A stretch of DNA of 64,000 nt from Takakia lepidozioides (Eukaryota > Plantae > Bryophyta). The position numbers were made by a program, and so were the translations under genes. The DNA is taken from assembly GCA_030704615.1 (NCBI GenBank), contig CM060732.1, positions 73,966,001 to 74,030,000 on the forward strand, given 5' to 3'. The notes under the pieces are model-generated. The model worked only from the letters and a program-made list of their open reading frames with translations, was not told the origin of the DNA and did not search any database. Of this stretch, positions 53,201 to 64,000 are shown one piece after another; the stretch's first letter is position 1; each line of letters starts with the position of its first letter.

Positions 53201-54527
53201 TAAATGAGATTCAGGAAGCACTGAAGAGCGACAAATTTGCTACGACACTACGAAGCTAACTAAATCGACCTCGAGACAACCCATATGTTACAAACGACTT
53301 CGAATTCAAAGATGACTTATTTTATTTCAAGGGACATCTATATGTACCTCTAGGACCTACACGACTTCGAATTCTTCAAACATGTCATGATCTTCCGGCT
53401 GCAGGACATTTCGGCTTCAACAAAACAATGGAATTGATATCCAGGGACTACTGGTGGCCGCAGATGTGGAAATTCGTGAAAGAATTTATAAAATCTTGCG
53501 ACACGTGTGCTAGAACGAAGGGACCACGACATTGACCTTACGGCCTTCTTCAACCATTACCCATTCCCAAGGGTCCATGGTCGTCCGTGTCTATGGACTT
53601 TATAACGGACTTTCCAATTTCCAAGACCACCGATTCAATCCTTGTTATTGTAGATCATTTTACGAAGATGACACATTTCATTCCATGTAATAAGACGGTT
53701 CCTACCGCATTCATGGACTCCCGAAGGACATCGTATCTGATCGAAGACCACAGTTCATATCAAATTTCTGGAGGGGATTATTTCACATATTGGATACTAA
53801 GATCAACCTCTCTACAGCTAATCAACTATAGACTGATGGTCAAACCGAACGTGTAAACCAGATTTTGGAGCAGTATCTTCGCTGTACGATAAATTATCAC
53901 CAAGATAATTGGACGGACCTTCTGTCGTTGGCTGAGTTTGTCTATAACAACACTATACATTCTTCGACAAAGAAAACTTCATTTTTCTCCAATTATGGTC
54001 ATCATCCTCGAGCAAACTCTTTCCATATGAAGACTGTTGGAAGCCATACTAGAGAAAATCTTGCTACTCATCTTGCTACGATTCACAAAGAGCTTACATT
54101 CCACCTCGTAGAAGCTCAAAAATAATACAAGGAGTATGCAGATCAACGTCGCCAACTCCAACCCCAGTTCAAGGTCGGAGATCGTGTGTGGCTTCTTCGA
54201 CGAGTCATACAAACCTCGCGACCATCAAGGAAGTCGGATTATCAACGTCTGGGACCATTCAAAATTATTCGACAAATAAACTCTCACGAAATATACGGAT
54301 CCATCCAGTCTTTCATGTTTCATTATTGCAGTTATATCATCCATCGAATATTCCAGGGAGAGTCTCCGTACCACCTCCACCAATCGAAGTCAATCAGGAA
54401 ATTGAGTATGAAGTTGACGAAGTCCTAGACTCTCGCATCAAGTATAAACGTCTTGAGTATTTCGTACATTGGAAATGCTACGACATCATCAAACGAACGT
54501 GGGAACCTTCATCCAACCTCGCCAACG

Positions 54528-54725
54528 ACGCAATGGCGTGAGCGTTGCACGTGAGCGCGCGAGCGTACGCTCACGCAAGAGTGGCGTGGCGTGAGCGTAC
54601 GCTCACGCCAGCTGACGTGGCGTGAGCCTGCACAGACGCTGACGTGGCGTGAGCGTCATGTCAGCATGCTGATGTGGCAGTAAATGATGACGTGGCACTG
54701 TCCGTCAACTGCCACGTCAGCATTA
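54528..54725. repeat. GC-rich subterminal repeats (TGGCGTGAGCG, CTGACGTGGC, palindrome GTGAGCGTACGCTCAC)
   Basis: Dense repeated motifs begin where the chromodomain is cut off and lie downstream of the transposase stop. Confidence 0.75.
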
Positions 54726-55172
54726 ACATGCGCCGCCTATAACCGTGGATGGTCCTATGACCGTGGAATTAATGCAGGGAATCTTGCCTAAATAGAATCA
54801 AGACGAGCGTTGAGGCCTACAATTGCAGCATCCAACATTGTGCAATTACAAATGCTTGTTTCACTTTTACAATTACGAAGACGACAAAATATCCTCACAA
54901 AGTGTGCGCCATAAAGGCTGCCACGAGAAGACTTCCTCCCTCCTCAAATAACAATGAGAGTTATGATCATCTTCAAAAGATGATTGTAGTGCATAGCGAC
55001 AACAAGACATGTAGACTTCGAACGGTGCAATGACAAATGTGCACTACCTAAAAGTTGTCACTCAGAGCTCACTCCGTATAGTTGGAGGCCATATCATTGC
55101 ACAGCCGACGAATTGACGTGAATTACACATTTCAAATCATGGTCATCCACATACCACATTACATAGTTCATG

Positions 55173-58100
55173 CTACCCATGTGTTGTATCCCGCTGCAAA
55201 AGAGTATCGACCTCGTTGAAACTCATAGTGGCCTGGTAAATGAAGTTGTCACGTTTGGGATCGCAAACCATCCTCCTCAAAAATATGAAATACAAATGTT
55301 TGCAGGGTATGAATTTACCTCTCTTGCCCAAACTGGTTGATAGCATATTCACAAAATCAGGACATGTGCAATTTGGGAAATTAGAAACCGTGATGTCGTA
55401 GGTCCTGTCATGAACAGCAGATGTGGAAGTGATGATTGTGAATACCCGACCATATCCTCGATCGGGTACTTCCGTGGTGCTTCCGACACGAGCTTGAAGC
55501 ATTCTTGCGGACTCCACTTTGCCAAAGTGTTCAGCGGTTGGAGGGAAACGCCGAACGAGCTTTCCATCTCGTTTGGTTGGCCACAAGTCAGGATTTGCCG
55601 GGGGGACCCGGGAGGACGCAGAAGTAGTAGCACATGCATGGAGTTGGGGTTGTCTCGCAAGGGAAAAACCTGCCTCCTCCAGCATTTCAATCTCCTGAAA
55701 GCTGAGATGTGTTCCCACCTTCACGGGCCAAACGGTTGGAGGAGATGGCTTCATCACTACGGAAGGACGCACAGTTCCATGCACACATCTAGCACAATCA
55801 TCTGCGCAGAACCAGAACTTGTGGTTCTTGGCTTCTGGTTGACCGTATGGACGCATCAAGCCCGTGAAAGTCGGAGCAGGAGTTCGGGCACCACCTCTGG
55901 ATATAGATGAAGTGCACTTCTCGAAATTAGTTGCCCTGATCGCTGTACATTTCACACGAGACCCGACACTTGTGCGTTCTATGTGCCAAACGTGGTCGGG
56001 GCATGCGGACTCAAGCACATCAAGGGGGTTGTTTCTCTCCTGCACCATTTCAGTGGCACGGTTTGATGCTGGAGCTTGCCGTCGTGTTGGAGGTTCCTCC
56101 ACAATGGAGGTTCCGGACATGGAGCTGTCATGCAGGGGAACACGAGGCTTCGAGAAGTTATCACGGTCTGCCCTGTGGGAATCTGAATCCGAACCAGGTG
56201 GAGTGTTCAATTTCCTCTTACAAGAGCCGAATCTCTCCTCCCCTTCAAGATGTGGAACTCTAGAAACAAGTGGCGTTCCCTGGGCATACATGCTCACCGC
56301 CCGTGCTATCTTGATTGGATCCCCAGATCTGTTTGCAGCACGCAACATCAACTCCCATTTGTCCGGACCCTTGCCACCAACCCCACCTCGTAAGAAATCA
56401 CGGTATCGGGTTTGTTGTTGCAAGGCACGTATCAAATCATCTATTGTTGCCACATACAGATCCCGACCTCGTTTCCCAGACTGCTGCAACCATGCATTGT
56501 GCACAGTTTCTGCCAAATTGCAAGATGACATGTCCGCCATTTCCTCAATGGACATGTTCTGCAAAGAGGATAACCACACTTCAGAACAGTGCACAGGAAA
56601 CAACATAAAGAAAGCAATGAGTCAAAAATATGGAAAGCAAATGTATGAATAAAGCATGAAATAGAAGCCTCGTACCATTACATGGCTGCTCCCCACTGTC
56701 TATACCGGAAGTGCCAAAACGCCAGCCAATCTTCCAATGCTCTCATACTCTCAAGTGATGCAGCTCCAGAAGAGAACCACCAGGCACGAATTGTCTGGAA
56801 CAAAGTGTCCGCCTCCTTCATTGTTCTAGCATCTTTACTCTTTGCACAATTTACGGTGCTGAGTCTGCATCTCTGGTTTGATGTCCGACTTTGTATGTTT
56901 TTCGAGAGATTGTGTCCAATGGAATAGACATATACGCTCTCTTCCTGGCATAGGCACTTTTGGGTCGCCCGATCCGAAGACAATACGAACAGCATTTAAA
57001 TTTGCTTGAGCACTATCCGCCATGAAACCTGTGAAATTTGGAGATGGCAGCCCATGGCAGCCCATGACACGTATCAGGGAATTCCACATGAGCTTCTGGG
57101 ATTCCGTATCCTCGGATTGCATGTCACAAACTGCAATTGTCATAACTCGTTGGTACACTGGATCGTAGACATGACAAGCCATTGTCGTCCAATCCTTCAC
57201 TCGTTCACATGATCAAACATAAGAAAACAGTTCTGCAAGTCCCCAGTCTTCTGCATCCGCTTCACGAGGCTAACCCCACTGCCCTCCCCAACAGTCGACA
57301 TTTTGAAAAAAAAACTTTGATGGCACCTTGACCTAGGAATACATTGTCCTAGATGTAATCGTACTTGCTCATCGTTTCAATCCAAAATATTGTTCTATGT
57401 AGACTCTATCCCAGAGCCCATTCTCAATGCATTGATCTGATGCCGAATGTTAGGTGAACTTAAAGTGGAGAAATGATCCATGACCAGGGTCCAATGGTGC
57501 ACCGTCAAGTTAGTCCCACAGAATCTCCTTCACTCAAAATATGGCTTTCCAAGAAGACTTGCTTGCGCCAAGAGCAATTGCAAATTTGTTGCGGATGGGT
57601 TTCTCCCGAACTCCTGTTTGATCAACCTCGATACTGTCTCAACACTCTCCCTGTAATCCCCCTTCGAGACAGGATGGTTATGGAATCCAAATGCACACAA
57701 GCTCTCGTCTTGTATTCAAACGGTGGACAACATAGTACATTCTTGCTCCGCAGAGCGCCAAACAGGATGGCACAAGTTTTGCAGAATTTGCACACGAAAG
57801 TGTTTGCCGGTGGAGGGGCAGTCCCAGGCTGAAATGGATTTCCGCCAGACCCTCCCATTCGCTTGATTATGAACCCCAGACTGAAGAAAGTGTCTGCAAT
57901 TCAAATTATCACACCTAAGGTGTCCATTGCAAAGTCCTCCTGAAAACAAGCTTGTCATCATTCTGAATATTGGATGTTTTTGTTCTGCACCACGGTGCCG
58001 TCGTGTTTCTTGTCCATTCCATGCATCATGATTGTTACACCTCCAACTCGCGGAGGAGGAGGCAGCTCGAATAGGATATCGCCATCAAAAAGTCTCCGGC

Positions 58101-58672
58101 AAGAACTTCACAGGCATCTGCTTCAAAGATTCCCAATCAATTCCCCGCAACTCACTTTTGAATCCAGCCATTCCTCCCATCGCCCGCAATTTGGAATGAC
58201 ACTACAAATCTCTTCTTCATCAGCTTCTGCAACCACAGTAGGAAGGACTGGATTTGGAATTTCACTTATGTCATCATCGGAAGAATCCGAAAGCTCAACG
58301 ATTGGAGTGGAGGAAGTCTGTTCTTTTTTCACCACCACCTCCCTCTTGTCTTCAACAACCGAAGCAGCAGTCCCGGGCGTCACATATGACCCAAAATGAC
58401 TTTCGCCGAGGCTCTCCAAGTACTCTGTATCGACCAGGACGCACTCTCCACTGGCTGATATGAGCCGTCTCATCACGGTTTTGGAAAGAATATTTCACCA
58501 ACTTCCCTTTCAGATCGTAAACCTCTTTCTCCAAAAAGATGGAGCCATTCTGCAGCTGAAAACGGGTAGCCAAGACATGTTCCAGAACAATTGCAAATCC
58601 ATTGTCAAGGACTTCCTGGGAGAACGGCACTGGTTTGTCGTCTGAGAAGAACTCCGCTTCAGAGGAAGCCAT
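55173..58672 (-). pseudogene. MULE/Mutator-like DDE transposase with SWIM finger; spliced, frameshifted
   Basis: N-terminal GMDKKHDG and CNGHLRCDNLNC. DDE-type motifs MFDHV, FMADSAQAN, CLFHW (CxxH) and CNLAETVHNAW. C-terminal SWIM CTCPDF...CKHLYFI. Intron ~56559-56675. Indels and a CAG>TAG change occur near 57350. Confidence 0.82.
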
Positions 58673-60055
58673 CTTCCTTCCTCGAGTATGTTTGTACCTT
58701 GCTATCGCAGATCTAGTGTAAATCGGTTTACTGCTGTCTCCAGAACACAGTTGAAGAATGAGCAGAGGAATATGGCGGAGGAAGCTCAGATAACGACTGT
58801 GCATATTATGTTATTCTTTCCAGATATGCAGCCGTCCATTTTAATTACTTTTCTTGTGGGCCCAGTGGTCAGAGTATCCCTAGGGGCAGTGTCGGCAACT
58901 GTTAAACCGTTAATCAGAACCTCATCAATAAACCCAATAACAAAGCCGACTTCCTGGAAGCATGCCACAGGATCTGAGAATGGGATTGCAGATTAAGTAA
59001 ATGTATCTATATACTACTACCAATGATCATGCGCACCTGGAAAGTTCCAAATGTGAAACGAATGTGGGGTTTGGCTAACAAGGATGACCGTGTATGATAT
59101 TCCAAAATTTGTCATCAAACTCTCGTTCATTTATATTTATTTGTTTAAGACTGCGCATCAATTTCTGGGATTCGCTCTTTTTTATTTTTAAAATTGAACA
59201 CGCCGTTTTTTTGGGCGGCACACGTCAGACATCCATAACTGAATACGAACAGCTGTACACCAATTGCTGGCATGTGCACTAATAAGGAAACGACTATGTG
59301 TAACGGTCACGCGGGAGGGAATCCGATGCTTCTAGAGACACGCAAGAACGCAGGCAATCCAGCAAGAAATCGGGAGTCACTGCGTTTTTCTACTTTTCGC
59401 GCTTAGAGGGAGAGTGGTAGTCAAGCTGGAGAGGGTTCCTTCTAGAATACGAAAGAGAAGAAAGTCTCTTTATTTTACTTCCCTTAGAGAGAGACGCAGA
59501 GCAAGAGAGAAAATGACGAGGCGTCGTTTGTTGGAGAACACAGGGCCAAGGCAGCAGGTGAACGCGGAGACTGATTCACAAGAGCAGACGGAGACTGAGG
59601 CAGCGGCTGCGACACAGTCGGCGATAAGAGTGCGCCAGCCTGTGGAGGCAGAGATGATTCGCAGGGACACTGAAGAAGGTGGAAGCACGCGGAACGCCGA
59701 ACCGGGAAAAGGTCAAGAAACCCTTGCGCAGACAGAAACTCCAGCAGATGTGAGAGGGAAGAGGAAAGCTGCAGAAGGGGATCAAATTTCAAAACCTAAG
59801 AAGGTGCCAGTAAGTTTTATCTAACTTACATTTCAATGTTGAAGATATGCGTAGAGATTGAGTGGAATGTCCCAGACAGGGATTGTCGCTATCGACCATC
59901 ACAAAGGGCTTTCTACTCCTCTACGAAGGGTTTACAGCACAATGAGTTGGTGACTATCGGTACAGTCATTCACTGGTGTTCAGATCATATAGTCTGTCTG
60001 ATTGCCTTTCAAGGAGTCCTTCCTCTTCCCTTCTTTAGCAGGAACTACTGAATTG

Positions 60056-60374
60056 CGAACGTCGTTAACGCCATTCGATTCTCCTCATGAGATTTATGTA
60101 CCTATGTGTTTGAAGAGAGAGTCTGCACTTACTATTCTCCCTAAACTACACTGAATGTCGTTGCTGCCAATCAGTTGCACATGTATGTCATTACACAACA
60201 CCGATCCGGCAGGTCGTTATCTTTTGTGATTGTCGTTAACGCCGTTCGCTATCGCTCTCGCTTTTGTTTTGAATACGGCAGTCTCAGCTTGGCATGTGTA
60301 GATTGTGCTGAATTCTTTCACACCATTCATGGTGAGTTTCCTTGATACAGAGTGATGGTCGTTACCGCCATTCA
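60056..60374. repeat. Four degenerate 22-bp palindromes in intron 1 of the ParB-like gene
   Basis: 60056-60077, 60152-60173, 60227-60248 and 60353-60374, all variants of TGAATGTCGTTRACGCCATTCA. Confidence 0.8.
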
Positions 60375-62244
60375 CTATTTGCAAATCACTCAGTCAGAAC
60401 TGAATGGCATCGTGCAGAAAACTGTGAGGTCGAAGCCTACAGGATCAGAGGGGAAAAGATCTGGAGATGGGGACGAGTCCGCAAAAAGCTCAGAGAATAC
60501 AGATGAAGCAGATGAATCCGAAGTGCACTACCTTGACAAGGTGAAAGAACTCATGTCATTCCAGAAGGTAAACTCTCAGGAGGTTATAAGGGACATGCTC
60601 GTATTTGGAGGGCGTCTGGACATACCTCTGTGCCGGATGATATCAATGCCTGTTGTGCGTCCACCTCTTTCCCATGACATAACAAAATTGGAGAGTGATT
60701 TTGTGCATGGATATAGACTTGGTGCACAAGTTTTTTATGTGTCACTGACGGATATAAATGGGAAAAGCACATTAGTGTCTCCAGAGATCAGTGATAACTG
60801 GGATGAGTGCTGGAAAGATGCCAATGAGGAGTTCGAGCTGGGCCTCATGATGGGAAAGAACACCCAGCAATTCTGCAACCACATGTTCTACGTCTGGGAC
60901 GGCAAACCACCGATTGCTGGCATGGATGGGATACATTCAGAAACACCATTCGAAAGACAAAGACAAGCATGTTGCTGTGGAGGCAATGGTTTTGGATCCA
61001 GGAAACGACATCGCTAGGCTTCTTACAGCTATGCACGACGTGAACAAGTAAGTCATCCAGGAGATTTCATTCCCTCTGTAGTGTCTTGTTAATCCTCAAA
61101 AAACAGTGTTAAGGAATGCAATGTTTCCAATGTTTTTGCAGATCGACAGAGAAATCGCATGTGACAACAAGCTTGGTTCACACACTATCCGAATTCAGAG
61201 GATTGGTCTGATGAAGCTGGATGATTTTCGGACAGTACTACCACCCAATATCATCAAGAAGTGCGAAACAGGAAGAGCTGCAGGCACTTGGTATTCTTTG
61301 ACACGAGAGGCGTTTCTGGAGTACATGTATGCGGTAAGCCCGAGTCTGTAATCTGTTTACTTTTCGAATACATGTTTGTAGTCCCTTCGGAGCTAATCAC
61401 TACTTGAATGAATGCAGCAAGAACTGGCAGAGGCAGCTGAGAAGGGAAAATCCGAATATTACCGCACTACACCAGAAGAACTAAGGACATCAAAGGGTGT
61501 GGAAGCTGCAATAAAGAAGGAGTTTGAAATGCGAAGAACCAAATTGATGTCAGCCTTCGGAAAGCAGCTTAGAATAGTAGATCCTGGACTTGGTCCTGAG
61601 TTCCTTCAGCAGATCAAAACACACTATGACAAGCATGTGCATCCGGAGATGCAGCAGGAGAAATTGCACCGGCTGGCCATATCGATGGTCGACCCACAAA
61701 CAAAAATAAGGTGGCTGGAGATATGGAACTCAGATCAAACAGTAAAGGACTTGAATCAGTTCCCAAAGAGCACCATACAGCCTGGCACAAAGGTGGAAGG
61801 AATCAGTGATTTGGTGTTTGATAACTGGCTCCACAAGGCTACATTTTGGAGTCAGGTGTGTATTCGAACATGCTGTTTCTTCTCTTCAAGTATGTGATGT
61901 GTATCTTTTTTGCAATTCTGACAAATATACTATTTGCAGCTCGAAAGCGCGCCGTCATTGTGCTGGATCAGATTTTGAAGGACCTGAACATTGCGATTGT
62001 TTCCCCTCCCAAATGTCATTGGAGGCATACATAAGGAAGTGGAGAGGTCTCACCTGGAGATACTGTTTTTTCCGGGAGTTCTCCAAAGATGGTAACATTT
62101 TACGGTCCAACGACTTTGACAGTCAGGTTGGAGGAGAGTGGGCCATGATGCGAGTTGTGTACAGGTGCAATGTCATACTTGAAACTCTACTGTTTTTTTG
62201 GGAAAAAATGTGGCTTCATATGGATTGCAATCTTAGATCCAGAT

Positions 62245-62968
62245 TGAATGTCGTTGACGACATTCACTTCTTTGTCTAAGTCATTCTTAAGCGAGTATAT
62301 GAATTCACCTGGTTAGGATCTAAGGGTGCAATTATATTGTCCCTGATTAGAATTGATAATGTCCTTGAATGGCGTTGACGACATTCACATACGGAGTTGT
62401 TGAGAGGTCCTCAGAGTTATTTAAATTTTTGTAATGTCCATAGAGGTTACAGTGAGGGTTCCTCACTTCATTTTGCTGAATGTCAATGCAGACATTCAGT
62501 TGTTCTGCATTGTTTTTGCCTCTTGCGATGAATGTGGAGGCTTGATAAGCTCTGTTTTAAGAAATCCAAAGTGAATGTCGTTGACGACATTCACAGCTGT
62601 GTCTGTATTATTCAACAACGACAAATTCAATTTACATGGATTGGGGAGCTAAGTAATTGGTTTCTTTTTTGTATTTTTGTGAATGGCGTTGACGCCATTC
62701 ACATACAGTGATGTTGTGAGGTCCTCAGTGATAGGTTCGTTATGAATGTGCATTGAGTTTGCCTGGAGGGTTCCTTACTCAATTTTTTGATTTCCATCCT
62801 GTGATTTTGCTTCATTTAAGTAATAATTTGGCTTCATTAGTGAATGTCGTTGACGACATTCACTTCTATGTCTGTGTCATTTCTAAACGATAATTTGCAT
62901 TCACCTGGATTAGGGTGTATTTACAGTATCATTGAATGGAATGTTCTGAATGGCGTTGACGACATTCA
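62245..62968. repeat. Array of seven 22-bp palindromes in intron 62165-63109
   Basis: TGAATGKCGTTGACGMCATTCA at 62245, 62366, 62572, 62680, 62841 and 62947, plus the variant TGAATGTCAATGCAGACATTCA at 62477. Confidence 0.95.
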
Positions 62969-64000
62969 TATCTGGAGCAGTAGTGTGGTCCTGAAAGGTC
63001 CTTGGAGCAGTTCTCAGAGCCATTTCAATCTATGTTTTATTCTTTCTGTTCTACTTGCATCTTACTCACTGAGCGCTTTTGTGGGTTGGGATTTATCTCC
63101 TTTTTTCAGGTACACGAAATATGTGCTTATGGAAGGAAATCACCTGAGCGGAATTCCCGACTATCTTGACATGTGGTCGGACCCTGCAAACGATCCAACC
63201 ATGTATACTGCAGGGATATTGAAGGACTGGAGTCCTTCTCACTTCAGAGACTGTGGGTGGTACCTTGACTGCCCACTGAGCACACGACCTTTCAAGAACA
63301 GCATATGAAATACTTGAACAATAACGCTGAGATGCTGGCGCCTTTGACTGACGAAGAGTATCAACGAAACATAGCAACATTGGCTGCCAAGGAGCCTGAT
63401 GCTCAGGGAACGCCGCAGAAGGGAAAGAAGGCGGGCCGCAAACCAAAAGACAAGGCTGTTGATGTCATAGCCATCTCACCAGCAAAGCCAAAGGACAAAG
63501 ACAAGTCCAAAGAGAAGGAAAAGACAAGGGGAAGGAGAATGAAAAGGAGATGGAGAGTGGGCAGGACTTTACTGCTGGAAGATATACCCGCACTCTTCAG
63601 TGCGTGTTCGATGCCAAGCCACACCCTTCCCGTTCTGATTCAGCAGGAGAGATGAAAATTGTTAATGAGGGTTGGCTTTCGATGATGCAGAGTCGAAAGA
63701 GAGGATACACTGGGGTGCCATCCCCTACCTGGGACAATATAATCTCATTCCTCAATCTGGTGAGAATTCCAGTTTCTTTCCTTTTTCTCTGAAAGTTTCG
63801 TTGGCAGTATTTCAGTCTCGTTCTTTGAAAACAATCTTGCCATCGTTCTTATAAAAAACATGTCTGTTGCAGGTGAGCACAGGTCCCACCTTCGTGTGCG
63901 GTGTGCAGAAAACTTATGCGGCCGACATTGTCATTCTCGACATCCCGGATGGCCAGGCTGTGCCAGAAGTTCTTCCAAAGGGCAAGACGCCAGGCTGGAA

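Larger units (their letters stand above)
49599..54527 (+). mobile_element. Chromovirus (Ty3/Gypsy, Tcn1/Tf1-sushi-like), degenerate; 3' LTR missing
   Basis: 5' LTR, gag PKISMPDKFDGTRSRFRGF, protease [20 protein letters not shown]...[12 protein letters not shown], RNase H LEVDVSDFALGAVLSQ, integrase [12 protein letters not shown] motif and chromodomain EYEVDEVLDSR...YFVHWKCY...TWEP. Many stops and frameshifts. Confidence 0.95.
59514..64000 (+). pseudogene. Spliced gene with a ParB/Srx-like domain and a possible amino-methyltransferase-like domain; runs off the window; several 1-bp indels
   Basis: Exons approximately 59514-59809, 60418-61047, 61142-61333, 61418-61854, 61940-62164, 63110-63759 and 63873-end. 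RLDIPLCRM...VRPPLSHDITKLESDFVHGY and MFYVWDG(N)HRLLAW (one extra A at ~60905). The last exon reads ADIVILDIPDG...VP...PGW. Confidence 0.65.

Noticed and set aside
55864-56652. 262-aa plus-strand ORF
   Set aside because: It is the antisense shadow of the transposase ORF and has no motifs.
62245-62968. CRISPR array
   Set aside because: The spacers are long, variable and related to one another as a higher-order tandem repeat. The array is intronic in a eukaryotic locus with no cas genes.
59514-64000. Bacterial ParABS locus or contamination
   Set aside because: The gene has phase-consistent GT-AG introns, there is no ParA, and it is contiguous with plant genes and TEs.

Overview
This is eukaryotic nuclear DNA from a land plant, probably a non-seed plant (inferred from TTTAGGG repeats, GT-AG introns and a Tcn1-like self-priming chromovirus). 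The left half (1-32.5 kb) holds three spliced host genes. They are the 3' part of a kinesin-7 (CENP-E/KIN7O-like) gene with several LINE insertions in its introns, an At3g27390-like membrane protein gene on the minus strand, and a SKA3-like kinetochore gene. The right half (33-64 kb) is a nest of decayed mobile elements. It contains Ty3/Gypsy fragments, one with a -1 frameshift signal, a dUTPase-like domain and a TTAA piggyBac-like insertion. It also contains a possible CACTA remnant with repeat arrays, a chromovirus with a Tf1-type self-priming PBS, and a MULE/SWIM-type DNA transposon. The most unusual observation is a second, divergent spliced gene next to that transposase. It encodes a ParB/Srx-like domain (VWDGNHR) and the start of a possible DNA amino-methyltransferase-like domain. 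Its introns contain 11 copies of a 22-bp palindrome (TGAATGKCGTTRACGMCATTCA), which suggests a ParB/parS-like module. All assignments come from motif recognition by eye; no searches were run.
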